NCBI GenBank assembly: GCA_043779265.1
Contig: JAYWEM010000184.1
Coordinates: 1 to 15,634, forward strand
Length of the DNA: 15,634 nucleotides
Source: a bacterium
Lineage (GTDB): Bacteria; Eisenbacteria; RBG-16-71-46
Direction: 5' to 3'
Part shown: piece by piece, positions 1-8,169 of the stretch
Position numbering within the stretch: position 1 is the first letter of the stretch
How the letters are laid out: each line of letters opens with the position of its first letter
Position numbers and translations under genes: made by a program
The notes under the pieces: generated by a model
Told to the model about the DNA's origin: nothing
The model's database searches: none
Seen by the model: only the letters and a program-made list of their open reading frames with translations

Positions 1-38
1 CACTGCGCCATCTGCTTCGGATCCACGTGTCGTCCCAT
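1..38 (-). CDS. N-terminus of a putative IS66 accessory protein TnpA (partial, runs off window)
   Basis: ATG at 38 (alternative in-frame ATG at 47) gives MGRHVDPKQMAQ(W/C). This resembles IS66 TnpA N-termini I recall (M.R..DP.K...W) and lies just inside the GTAA end. Only 12 complete codons are visible. Confidence 0.5.
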   Translation of the reverse strand, partial: MGRHVDPKQMAQ

Positions 39-98
39 GCCGCGCATGCTGCCGCACCGGAATCCCTCGCGGAAGAGTGGGCGTCAGACGACGGTTAC
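1..98 (-). mobile_element. Left end of a probable IS66-family insertion sequence (continues beyond window start)
   Basis: Minus strand from position 98 reads GTAACCGTCGTCTGACGCCC. 5'-GTAA is the conserved IS66 terminus. It coincides with the point where the istA reading frame stops resembling IstA, and it is followed about 50-60 nt inward by a TnpA-like start. Confidence 0.7.
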
Positions 99-1600
99 CC
101 AAGAAGCAGATCGCCGCCCGGCTGGGGCTCGACCCCAAGACCGTTCGCCGCTACGTGAAATCGGCGCCGGCCGCCGGGATCCACGGCGAGGCGACGCTCA
201 CCGACGAGCGGCTGGTCGTGCTGATGGGGGCGCTGCATGCGCTCCCGGGTCGTGCGCACGGTGACAGCTGGGCGTTGTGCCAGGGCCAGCGCGCGTTCAT
301 CGAGCCACTGCTCCAGCAGCGCGTGCGGTTGTCCAAGGTGCGGCGGCTGCTGGTGCGCCGTGGCGTGGCGGTGCCGTATCCGACGCTGCATCGCTACGCG
401 GTGGCCGAGCTGGGCTTCGGCCGCACGGCCACGACGATCGCGGTCGCCGACTGCGGCCCGGGCGAGGAGGTCCAGCTCGACACCGGCTGGATGACGCTGC
501 TCGAGCCGGACGAGACGGGCAAGCGCCGGCGGATCCGCGCGTGGATCTTCACTCCCGTCCTCTCGCGCTACCGGTTCGTCTATCCGGCCTTCGCCGAGAG
601 CACGGCGAGCGCGATCGAAGCGTGCGAGGCCGCGTGGGAGTTCTACGGCGGGGTGTTCAAGACCCTCCTGGTGGACAACACCAAGGCGATCGTCGAGTAC
701 GCCGACTCGCTCGAGCCGCGGATCAACCGTGCGTTCCTCGAGTACGCCCAGGCGCGCGGCTTCCACATCGATCCCACCCGCGTGCGCCATCCGCGCGACA
801 AGGCCCGCGTCGAACGCTCGGTATCGGGCACGCGCGACGACTGCTTTGCCGGCGAGAGCCTGCGTGACATCGGCCACGCCCGCGACCACGCGCGCCACTG
901 GTGCGAGCACGAGTACGGCATGCGCCGCCATACCCGGACCCAGCGGCTGCCACGCGAACACTTCGAGGCCGAGGAGCGCCCGGTCCTGCTCCTGGCACCG
1001 ACCACGCCCTACGATGTCCCGCTGTGGTACGAGCCGAAGGTCGCCCGCGATCGGTACGCCCAGGTGGCACGCGCCCTTTACTCGCTGCCCACCCGTTGGG
1101 TCGGCAAGACCCTGCGTGCCCGCGCCGACTCGGTCACGGTGCGCTTCTACCACGGCGCCGAACTCCTCAAGGCCCATCCCCGTCAACGCCCCGGTGGGCG
1201 TATCACCGATCCCAGTGACTTCCCGGTCGAGAAGAGCGCCTACGCGCTGCGCGACGTCGCCTTCCTCGAGCGCCAGGCCGCGCGCCACGGCGACGCCGTC
1301 GGCCGCCTCGCGCACGCGCTGCTCGAAGGCCCCCTGCCCTGGACCCGCATGCGGCGCGTCTACGCGCTGATCGGGCTCGCCAAGCGCTACGGCGACGAGC
1401 GCCTCGAGGCCGTCTGCGTCATCGCGCTCGCGGCCGAGATGCTCGACGTGCGCCGGCTCGAACGCATGCTGCAGCAGGCCACTCCGCTCCTGGCGCCGGC
1501 CACGTCGGGCCGCGTCATCCCGCTCGCTCGTTACCTGCGCCCGCCGCAGCAGTACGCCCTGCCGTTCGCCACTCCAACCCCAGAAGGAGACGACGCGTGA
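99..1600 (+). pseudogene. istA: IS21 transposase IstA, 5'-interrupted (the ORF-track start at 77 lies within the IS66-like end)
   Basis: HTH (KKQIAARLGLDPKTVRRY) and DDE motifs (VQLDTG, LLVDNTK, KARVERSV), plus an IstA-like C-terminal region (YSLPTRWVGK). The first HTH helix and a credible start/RBS are missing. The in-frame upstream sequence is non-transposase-like. Confidence 0.8.
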
Positions 1601-2373
1601 CCGCCACCGACGTGATCTCGACCGACCTCAAGACCGTGCTCCGACGCCTCAAGCTCTCGCGCATGCTCGACACGCTGCCCGAGCGCTTCGCCCTCGCCCG
1701 CCAGCAGAAGATGCCGCACCCCGACTTGCTGCTGCTCGTGCTCGCCGACGAGGCCTCGCGTCGCGACAGCCAGTCCGCCACGCTCCGTGCCCAGCGCGCG
1801 CATCTCGACCCGGCCATGCAACTCGAGGCCCGGGACACCACCGCGAAGGTCACCTTCGATCAGGCCCTTCTGAACGAGCTCGTCTCGCTGCGCTTCCTCG
1901 ACGCCCATGCCCATGTCGCCGTCGTCGGCCCGGTCGGCGTCGGCAAGACCTTCCTCGCCCAGGCTCTCGGCCACATTGCCTGCCGACGCGGGCACACGGT
2001 GCTCGCCCTGCGCGCCGATCACATGCTCAAGACCCTGCGTCACGCGCGTCTCGACCAGTCCCATGAAGCCGAACTGCGCAAGCTCATCGCTGTCGATCTC
2101 TTGATCGTCGACGACTTCGCCCTCGATGCCATGGACCCCAACGAGAGCCGTGACGCCTACGAGATCTTCACCGAGCGCCACCGCGCCGGCTCGATGATCG
2201 TCACCTCCAACCGCGGGCCCGACGAGTGGCTCGCCACCTTCGCCGATCAGGTCCGTGCCCAGAGCGCCATCGACCGCTTCACCAGCAATGCCTACGATCT
2301 CGTCATCGAGGGCGAGTCGTACCGAAGCCGGCAGAAACCGCGGCTTCAGGCTGGACAACTTCAGCAGGCTTGA
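1597..2373 (+). CDS. istB: IS21 helper AAA+ ATPase IstB
   Basis: Walker A GPVGVGKT, Walker B LLIVDDF, IVTSN, AIDR and GESYR motifs. RBS AGAAGGAG at 1582-1589. GTGA overlap with the istA stop. Confidence 0.95.
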   Translation: MTATDVISTDLKTVLRRLKLSRMLDTLPERFALARQQKMPHPDLLLLVLADEASRRDSQSATLRAQRAHLDPAMQLEARDTTAKVTFDQALLNELVSLRFLDAHAHVAVVGPVGVGKTFLAQALGHIACRRGHTVLALRADHMLKTLRHARLDQSHEAELRKLIAVDLLIVDDFALDAMDPNESRDAYEIFTERHRAGSMIVTSNRGPDEWLATFADQVRAQSAIDRFTSNAYDLVIEGESYRSRQKPRLQAGQLQQA

Positions 2374-2406
2374 GCGACGTTCACCCCGTCACGCCACAGC
2401 AGGCAG

Positions 2407-2456
2407 GGGGGGAATGAATCTGAGAAACACGGGGGGACAGGTTGTGAGAGCCGACA
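2407..2456. repeat. IS21 right terminal repeat region: two copies of GGGGGGA-N7-TGAGA at 24-bp period, ending in CA
   Basis: GGGGGGAatgaatcTGAGA (2407-2425) and GGGGGGAcaggttgTGAGA (2431-2449), then GCCGACA (2450-2456). Multiple terminal transposase-binding repeats are typical of IS21. Confidence 0.85.
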
Positions 2457-3273
2457 CGTTGGCACAGGGTGGGGCTCTCTGAACCTAAAACGATTGCTCA
2501 CGGGCTTGAGTCCCGGCATGCGCGTGGAGCGAGGAGTGGCAGGATACTCTCGCGTGCTCTCGGTGACTCCGGCGGGTTCCACGACCTATGGGACGCAGCC
2601 GCCGTCGAACACTCCGAATTGGCCAACTATCCCCGCAGGGACATACTCGGCGACCGAGTATCGTGTCGCGAGCGTCGCTGGCTTCTCTCAAACGTACAAC
2701 CATCGCCCACTCGTCTTCTCCCGGAGCCGGGGATCGTGGGGCGCTGCTAGTCTGCCGACGCTGATCTATGCACCTGAGTTCGCGCCCGGTTCGAACTGGT
2801 TGGCCAACCCACGCTTCGAACCCGGATGCGACACGCTCGTGTCGCACCCGGACTCGCTTGTGCTCACAACTCGCGTGTATCGCCTCAGCTCCGCGACCCT
2901 GGGGGACTACTGGTGGCCATGCGCGCCCACTGATGTGAAGTGCGCATGGACTGCAGTGGGGGTGCCCGCGGCGCTCGTCTCGGCGCCGACCGGCAATGAG
3001 GTCGAAGGCGGTTGGTCGCTCCTGAGCATCTCCCGAGTGAGGGGAAGGCGAGCACTATCGTTGGCCGTCCGGGCAGCCGAGGAGATCGCAGGAGTCGTGG
3101 ATCTCCTCGATGTTTCAGGTCGCAGAGTAGTCGAGCGACGAACTGTCTCGCTTGTTCGTGGCGACCAGGTCATCGAGTTCCAGCTACCGAGCAGGCTTCG
3201 ATCCGGCCTCTACTTCGTCCGCTTGCACGCTGCGACATGGACCGGGCGTGCCAAAGTCGTCTGGCAGGAGTGA
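2457..3273 (+). pseudogene. 3' remnant of an IS-interrupted secreted protein with a T9SS type-A/FlgD-Ig-like C-terminal domain
   Basis: The frame is open back to the IS end (VGTGWGSLNLKRLL...), with no signal peptide or RBS before the TTG at 2494. C-terminus DLLDVSGRRV...LRSGLYFVRL...KVV matches the pattern of sorting-type C-terminal domains. Confidence 0.65.
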
Positions 3274-3277
3274 GGCC

Positions 3278-4429
3278 ATGCCGAGGCTGGATTCGATTTG
3301 CGGTCTGCTGATGTGCGCGCTCCTGATGCCCGCGCTTTCGTCCTGCGACACGGTCACCGGTCCCGCGCCAGCGTCCTTTGACTCCGCTTGCGAGAGAATC
3401 GTGGTTCAAGGCGGCGGATGGTACCTGCAAGGCGAATGGTCGCCCGACGGGCGAAAAGTGGCTGCCACGACTGCATTCGACGCCTACGGCCGCTACAGCC
3501 GGGGGCTGCACATCGTGGACGTGCGCACGGGTCACGAGGAGCGTGTCGCGAGCTTCGACGAGATCGGCTTCCCCTTCGACATCCGCTGGAATCCGAAGCC
3601 GGGGAGCACGCTGCTGCTCCTCGACTACGGGCTGGGCCAAGCAGCGTACGACTACTCCTCGAAGGCCTGGTTTCCGCTCCATATCGGCCTGAGCCGAAAC
3701 ACCGATCTGATCTGGAGTCCAGAGGGCGACAGCATCTTCTTCAATCGTGGCCACACCCATGCCGACCCCCCTGATGTCAAAGGGCTTCACGTCATGCACT
3801 TTGATCGTTCGGGCCTCCACCAGTTCCACGCAGAACATGAGACGCCATTCTTTCCCAACGGCCCCGTCCGCTTCAGTCCCGATGGCCAGTGGATGGCCTA
3901 TCGCGAGAACATCCGAGCCCCGAACGGATTCGGAACCCTCTTCAACGAGGTGGCGCTGATCGGTCGCGATGGCCGCCGGCATCGCACGCTCACGCACCTG
4001 CGCGGTGACGTGGGCAACATCCAGTGGATCCGAGGCGGTCGTGCTCTGCTGTTCACCTACCGAGAGGCCGAGTGCGTGATGGTCGGCGGCAACACGCCCG
4101 TGAAGACCATGATCGTCGACGTGGAGACGGGCCGCGTGGCGCCGTGGCGAGTCGAGCTCACCGATCAGCGGTACCAGTTCGGCTGGAACTTCACCCTCGA
4201 TGCTTCGGGCGAGCGAGCGCTCGTCGTGAAGCGCGACCCGACCTATCGCTTCGAGTACGAAGGCATCCACTACACGATCGGCGCCCTGTTCGTGACGTCG
4301 ATCGACGGAGGAAAGGCCGTCAGACTCGTACGCAGTTCGGGACCGCCGCCGGCTGACAGTCAGGTCGGTGGCCCGAGTCCGAATGACCTGTTCGGTCCGC
4401 CCCGCGAACTCCCCAGGCAGCCGCACTGA
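3278..4429 (+). CDS. TolB-like/PD40 beta-propeller lipoprotein (383 aa)
   Basis: ATG at 3278 after GGAG/GAGG. Signal peptide with lipobox LSSC. Repeats WSPDGRKVA, WSPEGDSIFF, FSPDGQWMAY. Confidence 0.75.
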   Translation: MPRLDSICGLLMCALLMPALSSCDTVTGPAPASFDSACERIVVQGGGWYLQGEWSPDGRKVAATTAFDAYGRYSRGLHIVDVRTGHEERVASFDEIGFPFDIRWNPKPGSTLLLLDYGLGQAAYDYSSKAWFPLHIGLSRNTDLIWSPEGDSIFFNRGHTHADPPDVKGLHVMHFDRSGLHQFHAEHETPFFPNGPVRFSPDGQWMAYRENIRAPNGFGTLFNEVALIGRDGRRHRTLTHLRGDVGNIQWIRGGRALLFTYREAECVMVGGNTPVKTMIVDVETGRVAPWRVELTDQRYQFGWNFTLDASGERALVVKRDPTYRFEYEGIHYTIGALFVTSIDGGKAVRLVRSSGPPPADSQVGGPSPNDLFGPPRELPRQPH

Positions 4430-4458
4430 TCGGCACGACCACTCGCCGTCACTGCCGA
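4430..4458. terminator. Possible hairpin between convergent genes
   Basis: TCGGCA(4430-4435)/TGCCGA(4453-4458) with inner GAC/GTC pairing. No U-tract on either side. Confidence 0.25.
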
Positions 4459-4476
4459 CAACAGCGCCGCCCATCG

Positions 4477-5385
4477 CTAGTGCCCTTCGCGACGGTCCTG
4501 GGGGTCGAGTGCGTCGCGCAGGCCGTCGCCGAGGAAGTTGAAGGCGAGCAGCGTGAGCGACATCGCCGCGCCCGGGAAGGCGACCATCCACGGGAACAGG
4601 GCCAAGAGCTTGGCGCCGTCGGCGAGCAGCGTCCCCCACGAGGCGTTGGGCGGCTGGACGCCGAATCCGAGGAAGCTCAGGAACGCCTCCTGCAGGATCA
4701 CGGCGGGCACGGTGAGCGTGGTGTAGACGATCACCGGGCCGAGCGTGTTGGGCACGATGTGGTGGAACAGGATGCGGAAGTCGTTCGCGCCGAGCGCGCG
4801 CGCGGCCTCGACGAACGTCTGCGTCTTGAGCGACAGCACCTGACCTCGGACGATGCGCGCCATTGTCAGCCACTGCACGAGCCCCAAAGCCACGAACAGC
4901 ATGACGAGGCTGCGTCCCACGAACACGAGCAGCAGGATGACGAGGAAGATGTAGGGCAGCGCATAGAGCACGTCGACGAATCGCATCATCCATTCGTCGG
5001 TCTTGCCGCCTCGGAACCCGGCGATCGCGCCCCAGCTCACGCCGATCGTGATCGAGACCAGCGTGCCGATCAGGCCGACCAGCATCGAGATGCGGCCACC
5101 GTGCAGCACGCGCGCGAACATGTCGCGGCCCAGTTCATCGGTGCCGAACCAGTGCGCCGCCGAGGGCGGAGTCGCGCTGAGCGCCAGGTCCTGCACGCTC
5201 GGATCTTGAAGTCCCGGAAGCCACGGCGACAGCATCGAGATGAGGCTGAGCCCGAGCAGGAACGCGCCAGACACCACGGCGGCGCGATTGCGCTGGACGC
5301 GTCGCCACGCGTCCGACCACAGACTCCGCGGAGCGGGTGCGGCCTCGGCGAGCACGGTGACGGGTGGCTGGATGCCGACGCTCAT
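4477..5385 (-). CDS. oppC: Oligopeptide ABC transporter permease OppC/DppC (302 aa)
   Basis: SLWSDAWRR...N N-terminal motif, HWFGTDELGRD, EAA loop FVEAARALGA, HIVPN, EAFLSFLGFG, NFLGDGLRDALDP. ATG at 5385 overlaps the oppB stop (ATGA). Confidence 0.92.
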   Translation of the reverse strand: MSVGIQPPVTVLAEAAPAPRSLWSDAWRRVQRNRAAVVSGAFLLGLSLISMLSPWLPGLQDPSVQDLALSATPPSAAHWFGTDELGRDMFARVLHGGRISMLVGLIGTLVSITIGVSWGAIAGFRGGKTDEWMMRFVDVLYALPYIFLVILLLVFVGRSLVMLFVALGLVQWLTMARIVRGQVLSLKTQTFVEAARALGANDFRILFHHIVPNTLGPVIVYTTLTVPAVILQEAFLSFLGFGVQPPNASWGTLLADGAKLLALFPWMVAFPGAAMSLTLLAFNFLGDGLRDALDPQDRREGH

Positions 5386-6299
5386 GCCAGCTCCACGCGT
5401 GGGTCGAACCAGGTGTAGGCGAGGTCGACGATCAGGTTGAACAGCATCAGGAACGCGGCGTAGAACAGCACGACGCCCATGACGAGCGTGTAGTCGCGAT
5501 TGATCGCGCCCTGCACCAGGTGCCGGCCCAGTCCGGGCACGGCGAAGATCTGCTCGATGACGATCGAGCCCATGATGATGCGCGCCGCAGCCGGCCCCAG
5601 GTAGGAGACGACCGGCATCACGCCGAGCTTGAGCGCGTGCTTGATCACGACCACTCGTTCGGCGAGGCCCTTGGCGCGCGCGGTTCGGATGTAGTCCGCG
5701 CGCAGTACCTCGAGCATGCCCGCTCTCGTCAGCCGTGCGATGTAGGCGACGTAGGCAACCGAGAGCGCCACCACCGGGAGCACGCGCGAGCCGGCATCCA
5801 CCCAGAGCGCGGCCGGGAACCAGCCGAGCGTGAGCGCGAAGAAGTAGACGAGCACGGGCCCCAAGACGAAGTTGGGGATGCTGACGCCGGCGAGCGCGGT
5901 GGCCATCGAGACATGGTCGATCGTGCGGTTCTGATGCAGCGCAGCCAGCGTGCCGAACGGGATCCCGAGGAACACGGCGACGAGCAGCGCCCAGCCGCCC
6001 AACTCGGCCGACACCTTGAAGCCATCGAGCACGATCTCGCGCACGCTCTGGTCGGGGTTCTTGTAGGAGGGCCCGAGGTCGAACCGGATGGCGCTGTGGA
6101 GGAACCGGAAGTACTGCGTGTGCAGCGGCTGATCGAGGCCGTAGCGCTGCATCAGCTCCTGCTTGGCGCGCGCCGGCATCTCCTTCTCGGACTGGAACGG
6201 CCCGCCCGGGGCGGCCCGCATCAGGAAGAACGTCAGAGTGCCGATCGCGAGCAACGTCGGGATCATGGCGAGCAAGCGACGGAGGAGGAACGCGGTCAT
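5382..6299 (-). CDS. oppB: Oligopeptide ABC transporter permease OppB/DppB (305 aa)
   Basis: FLLRRLL, APGGPF, YGLDQPL..QY, FDLGPS, DYIRTARAKGL, KHALK, NRDY, DPRV motifs. ATG at 6299 overlaps the oppA stop. Confidence 0.93.
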   Translation of the reverse strand: MTAFLLRRLLAMIPTLLAIGTLTFFLMRAAPGGPFQSEKEMPARAKQELMQRYGLDQPLHTQYFRFLHSAIRFDLGPSYKNPDQSVREIVLDGFKVSAELGGWALLVAVFLGIPFGTLAALHQNRTIDHVSMATALAGVSIPNFVLGPVLVYFFALTLGWFPAALWVDAGSRVLPVVALSVAYVAYIARLTRAGMLEVLRADYIRTARAKGLAERVVVIKHALKLGVMPVVSYLGPAAARIIMGSIVIEQIFAVPGLGRHLVQGAINRDYTLVMGVVLFYAAFLMLFNLIVDLAYTWFDPRVELA

Positions 6300-7972
6300 C
6301 GGCTGCCCTTCTCGCCACCGGCGATCGGCTCGTGTTCGCGCCACTCGTGGTCGATCCACACGTGCGTCAACGGGTGCACATCGAGCGCGGTCTGGTGGAT
6401 GCCCTTCACCCACGGCTTCACCAGCTCGTTGGTGGAGTAGTGGTAGATGGGCAGGAACGGCGCCGACTCGATGGCGATCGCCTCGGCTCGGCGCAGTAGC
6501 TCGAATCGCGCTGCCGGGTCGAGTTCACGCGTGGCGGTTCGCATCAGCCGGTCGTACTCGGGGTCGCTCCAGCCGGTTCGGTTGTTACCGTCGCCGGTGG
6601 TCAGCATGTTGAGAAACGAGTTGGGGTCCAGGTAGTCGCCGATCCAGGAGCGGCGCGCCACGTCGTACTGCAGCCCGCTCGTCGCCTGGAGATACGAGCC
6701 CCACTCCTGATTGGTGAGTGTGACGTCGATCCCGAGTTCGCGCTTCCACATGGCCTGGATCACTTCGGCGATGCGGCGGTGGTCCTCGCTCGTGTTGAAC
6801 AGGATCTCGACGCCGGGGAAGCCGCGCCCGCCCGGGAAGCCCGCCGCCGCCAGTTCGGTGCGCGCGCGCTCGGGGTCGAAGCGTGCCTGTTCCGCTCCGA
6901 CATAGCCCGGGTAGCCTGATGGGGCGATGGCCCCCCAGGGATCACGACTGCGCTTGAGCAGGTCGTTGGCGATCGCGTCGCGGTCGATGGCCAGGTTGAG
7001 CGCGCGGCGGACGCGCGCGTCGCCGAAGGGTTCCCGGGTGGTGTTGACGCTGTAGAAGTAGGTGCCTTGGTAGCGACCATGGCGGAAGTCCGCGAAGTGG
7101 CGCACGTAGGGCAGGTACTGCGACGGGATGTAGCCACTCGGGCACCAGTCGATCGCGCCGCTCTTGTAGAGATTGGTGACCGTGTTCAGGTCATCGACCG
7201 TGTAGCCCACGACCTTCTCGAGCCTCACCGACTGGGCGTTCCAGTACTTGGGGTTGCGGGCGAACTCGTAGCGATCGCCCCGCCGCCACCAGGTCCACAC
7301 GAACGGGCCGTTGCCAACCAGGTTCTCGCGCCTCGTCCAGCCGATGCCGTGTGCCTCGACGATGTGCCGGGGCACCGGCATGAACGTGTAGAACGTGCAG
7401 AGCGTGAGGAAGTAGGGCGTGGGGGATTCGAGCGTCACGATGAACGTGCTGTCGTCCGGTGCGGCGACCCCGACCAGCGTCGAATCCGTCAGCTCGCCCT
7501 TGCTGTAGGGCTCGGCGTTGCGGATGGCGTAGAACAGGCTCGAGTTGCGCGACGCCGTCGCCGGCGCGAGCACGCGGCGCCACGAGTAGACGAAGTCGTG
7601 CGCGGTGAGCGGCGTACCGTCCCACCACGTGAGGCCCTGGCGCAGATGGAACGTGTAGGTCAGGCCGTCGGCCGAGAGACTCCAACGATGCGCCTGTCCC
7701 TCTCTCGGCTCGAGCGTCTGTGCGTCGGCCGTGACCAGCCCCTCGAATACCATGCGCGCGAATCGACCGTCCGGCTGGCCGGACATGGTGCCCGGGTCGC
7801 GCAACTCGGGCTCGGTTCCGAGCGCGAATCGGAACGTCTGCCCCTGGGGCATCCGGAGCGATCCGAAGTAGCGCTTGCCGCCGGCCGAGCCCTCGCGTGC
7901 AGCACCGGGGGCGCAGGCGAGGGAGGCGAGGGAGAGCGCGAGCAGGGCGAGCAGGACAGGGCGGGCGTGCAC
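6296..7972 (-). CDS. oppA: Peptide ABC transporter substrate-binding lipoprotein OppA (family 5 SBP, about 558 aa)
   Basis: Lipobox SLAC. EP..DP, FEGLV, SADGLTYTFHLR, WWDGTPLTAHDFVYSWRR, VGNGPF, RVRRALNLAIDR and RRSWIGDY motifs. GTG start at 7972 chosen from the signal peptide and promoter position. Confidence 0.9.
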   Translation of the reverse strand: MHARPVLLALLALSLASLACAPGAAREGSAGGKRYFGSLRMPQGQTFRFALGTEPELRDPGTMSGQPDGRFARMVFEGLVTADAQTLEPREGQAHRWSLSADGLTYTFHLRQGLTWWDGTPLTAHDFVYSWRRVLAPATASRNSSLFYAIRNAEPYSKGELTDSTLVGVAAPDDSTFIVTLESPTPYFLTLCTFYTFMPVPRHIVEAHGIGWTRRENLVGNGPFVWTWWRRGDRYEFARNPKYWNAQSVRLEKVVGYTVDDLNTVTNLYKSGAIDWCPSGYIPSQYLPYVRHFADFRHGRYQGTYFYSVNTTREPFGDARVRRALNLAIDRDAIANDLLKRSRDPWGAIAPSGYPGYVGAEQARFDPERARTELAAAGFPGGRGFPGVEILFNTSEDHRRIAEVIQAMWKRELGIDVTLTNQEWGSYLQATSGLQYDVARRSWIGDYLDPNSFLNMLTTGDGNNRTGWSDPEYDRLMRTATRELDPAARFELLRRAEAIAIESAPFLPIYHYSTNELVKPWVKGIHQTALDVHPLTHVWIDHEWREHEPIAGGEKGSR

Positions 7973-7980
7973 GGGGGCGC

Positions 7981-7989
7981 ACTTTAGCA
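7981..7989 (-). promoter_or_regulatory. Extended -10 promoter element for oppA (probably leaderless)
   Basis: Minus strand TGCTAAAGT (TGn-TAnnnT), 8 nt upstream of the GTG at 7972. It is an AT-rich patch in very GC-rich DNA, and no SD lies in the gap. Confidence 0.55.
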
Positions 7990-8169
7990 GAGGGCGGGGA
8001 GGATGGGTGCTCCGGGCGACGGCCGCGGCTCGCGGTGCGACCAATCCGCTCGAGGGCGCGGTTCAGGGGCGGAGGGGGGCGGCCGATAACCCCGGCGCCA
8101 CCTCAGACGTCCCGCGTGCAGCCACAACGGCCGCACGATCCGCCACTTGCCACGCAGGGGAAGCCGACG

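Larger units (their letters stand above)
99..2456 (+). mobile_element. IS21-family insertion sequence, left end displaced outside the window by the IS66-like insertion
   Basis: istA-istB pair overlapping by 4 nt. The right end has two tandem repeats and terminates in ...GCCGACA-3' (IS21 ends are TG...CA). Confidence 0.9.

Noticed and set aside
28..45. TGTCGTCCC as the IS21 left inverted repeat
   Set aside because: It matches the right end (TGTCGGCTCTCA) only over the first 5 bases, lacks the TCTCA-N7-TCCCCCC boxes, and lies inside the putative IS66 tnpA.
95..2358. Long minus-strand ORFs 95-1315 and 1531-2358
   Set aside because: Antisense shadows of istA/istB caused by high-GC codon bias; no recognisable motifs.
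4454..4460. GCCGACA identical to the IS21 terminal heptamer, suggesting a composite element end
   Set aside because: Only 7 bp in GC-rich DNA, with no accompanying GGGGGGA-N7-TGAGA boxes; expected by chance.
3170..6318. 607-aa (3170-4993) and 613-aa (4477-6318) minus-strand ORFs
   Set aside because: The first is an Arg-rich off-frame or antisense shadow. The second is oppC with a spurious extension overlapping oppB; the real start is 5385.
7897..8169. Upstream extension of the TPR ORF to 7897
   Set aside because: Low-complexity Arg/Gly sequence overlapping oppA and its promoter; the GTG at 8170 has an RBS.
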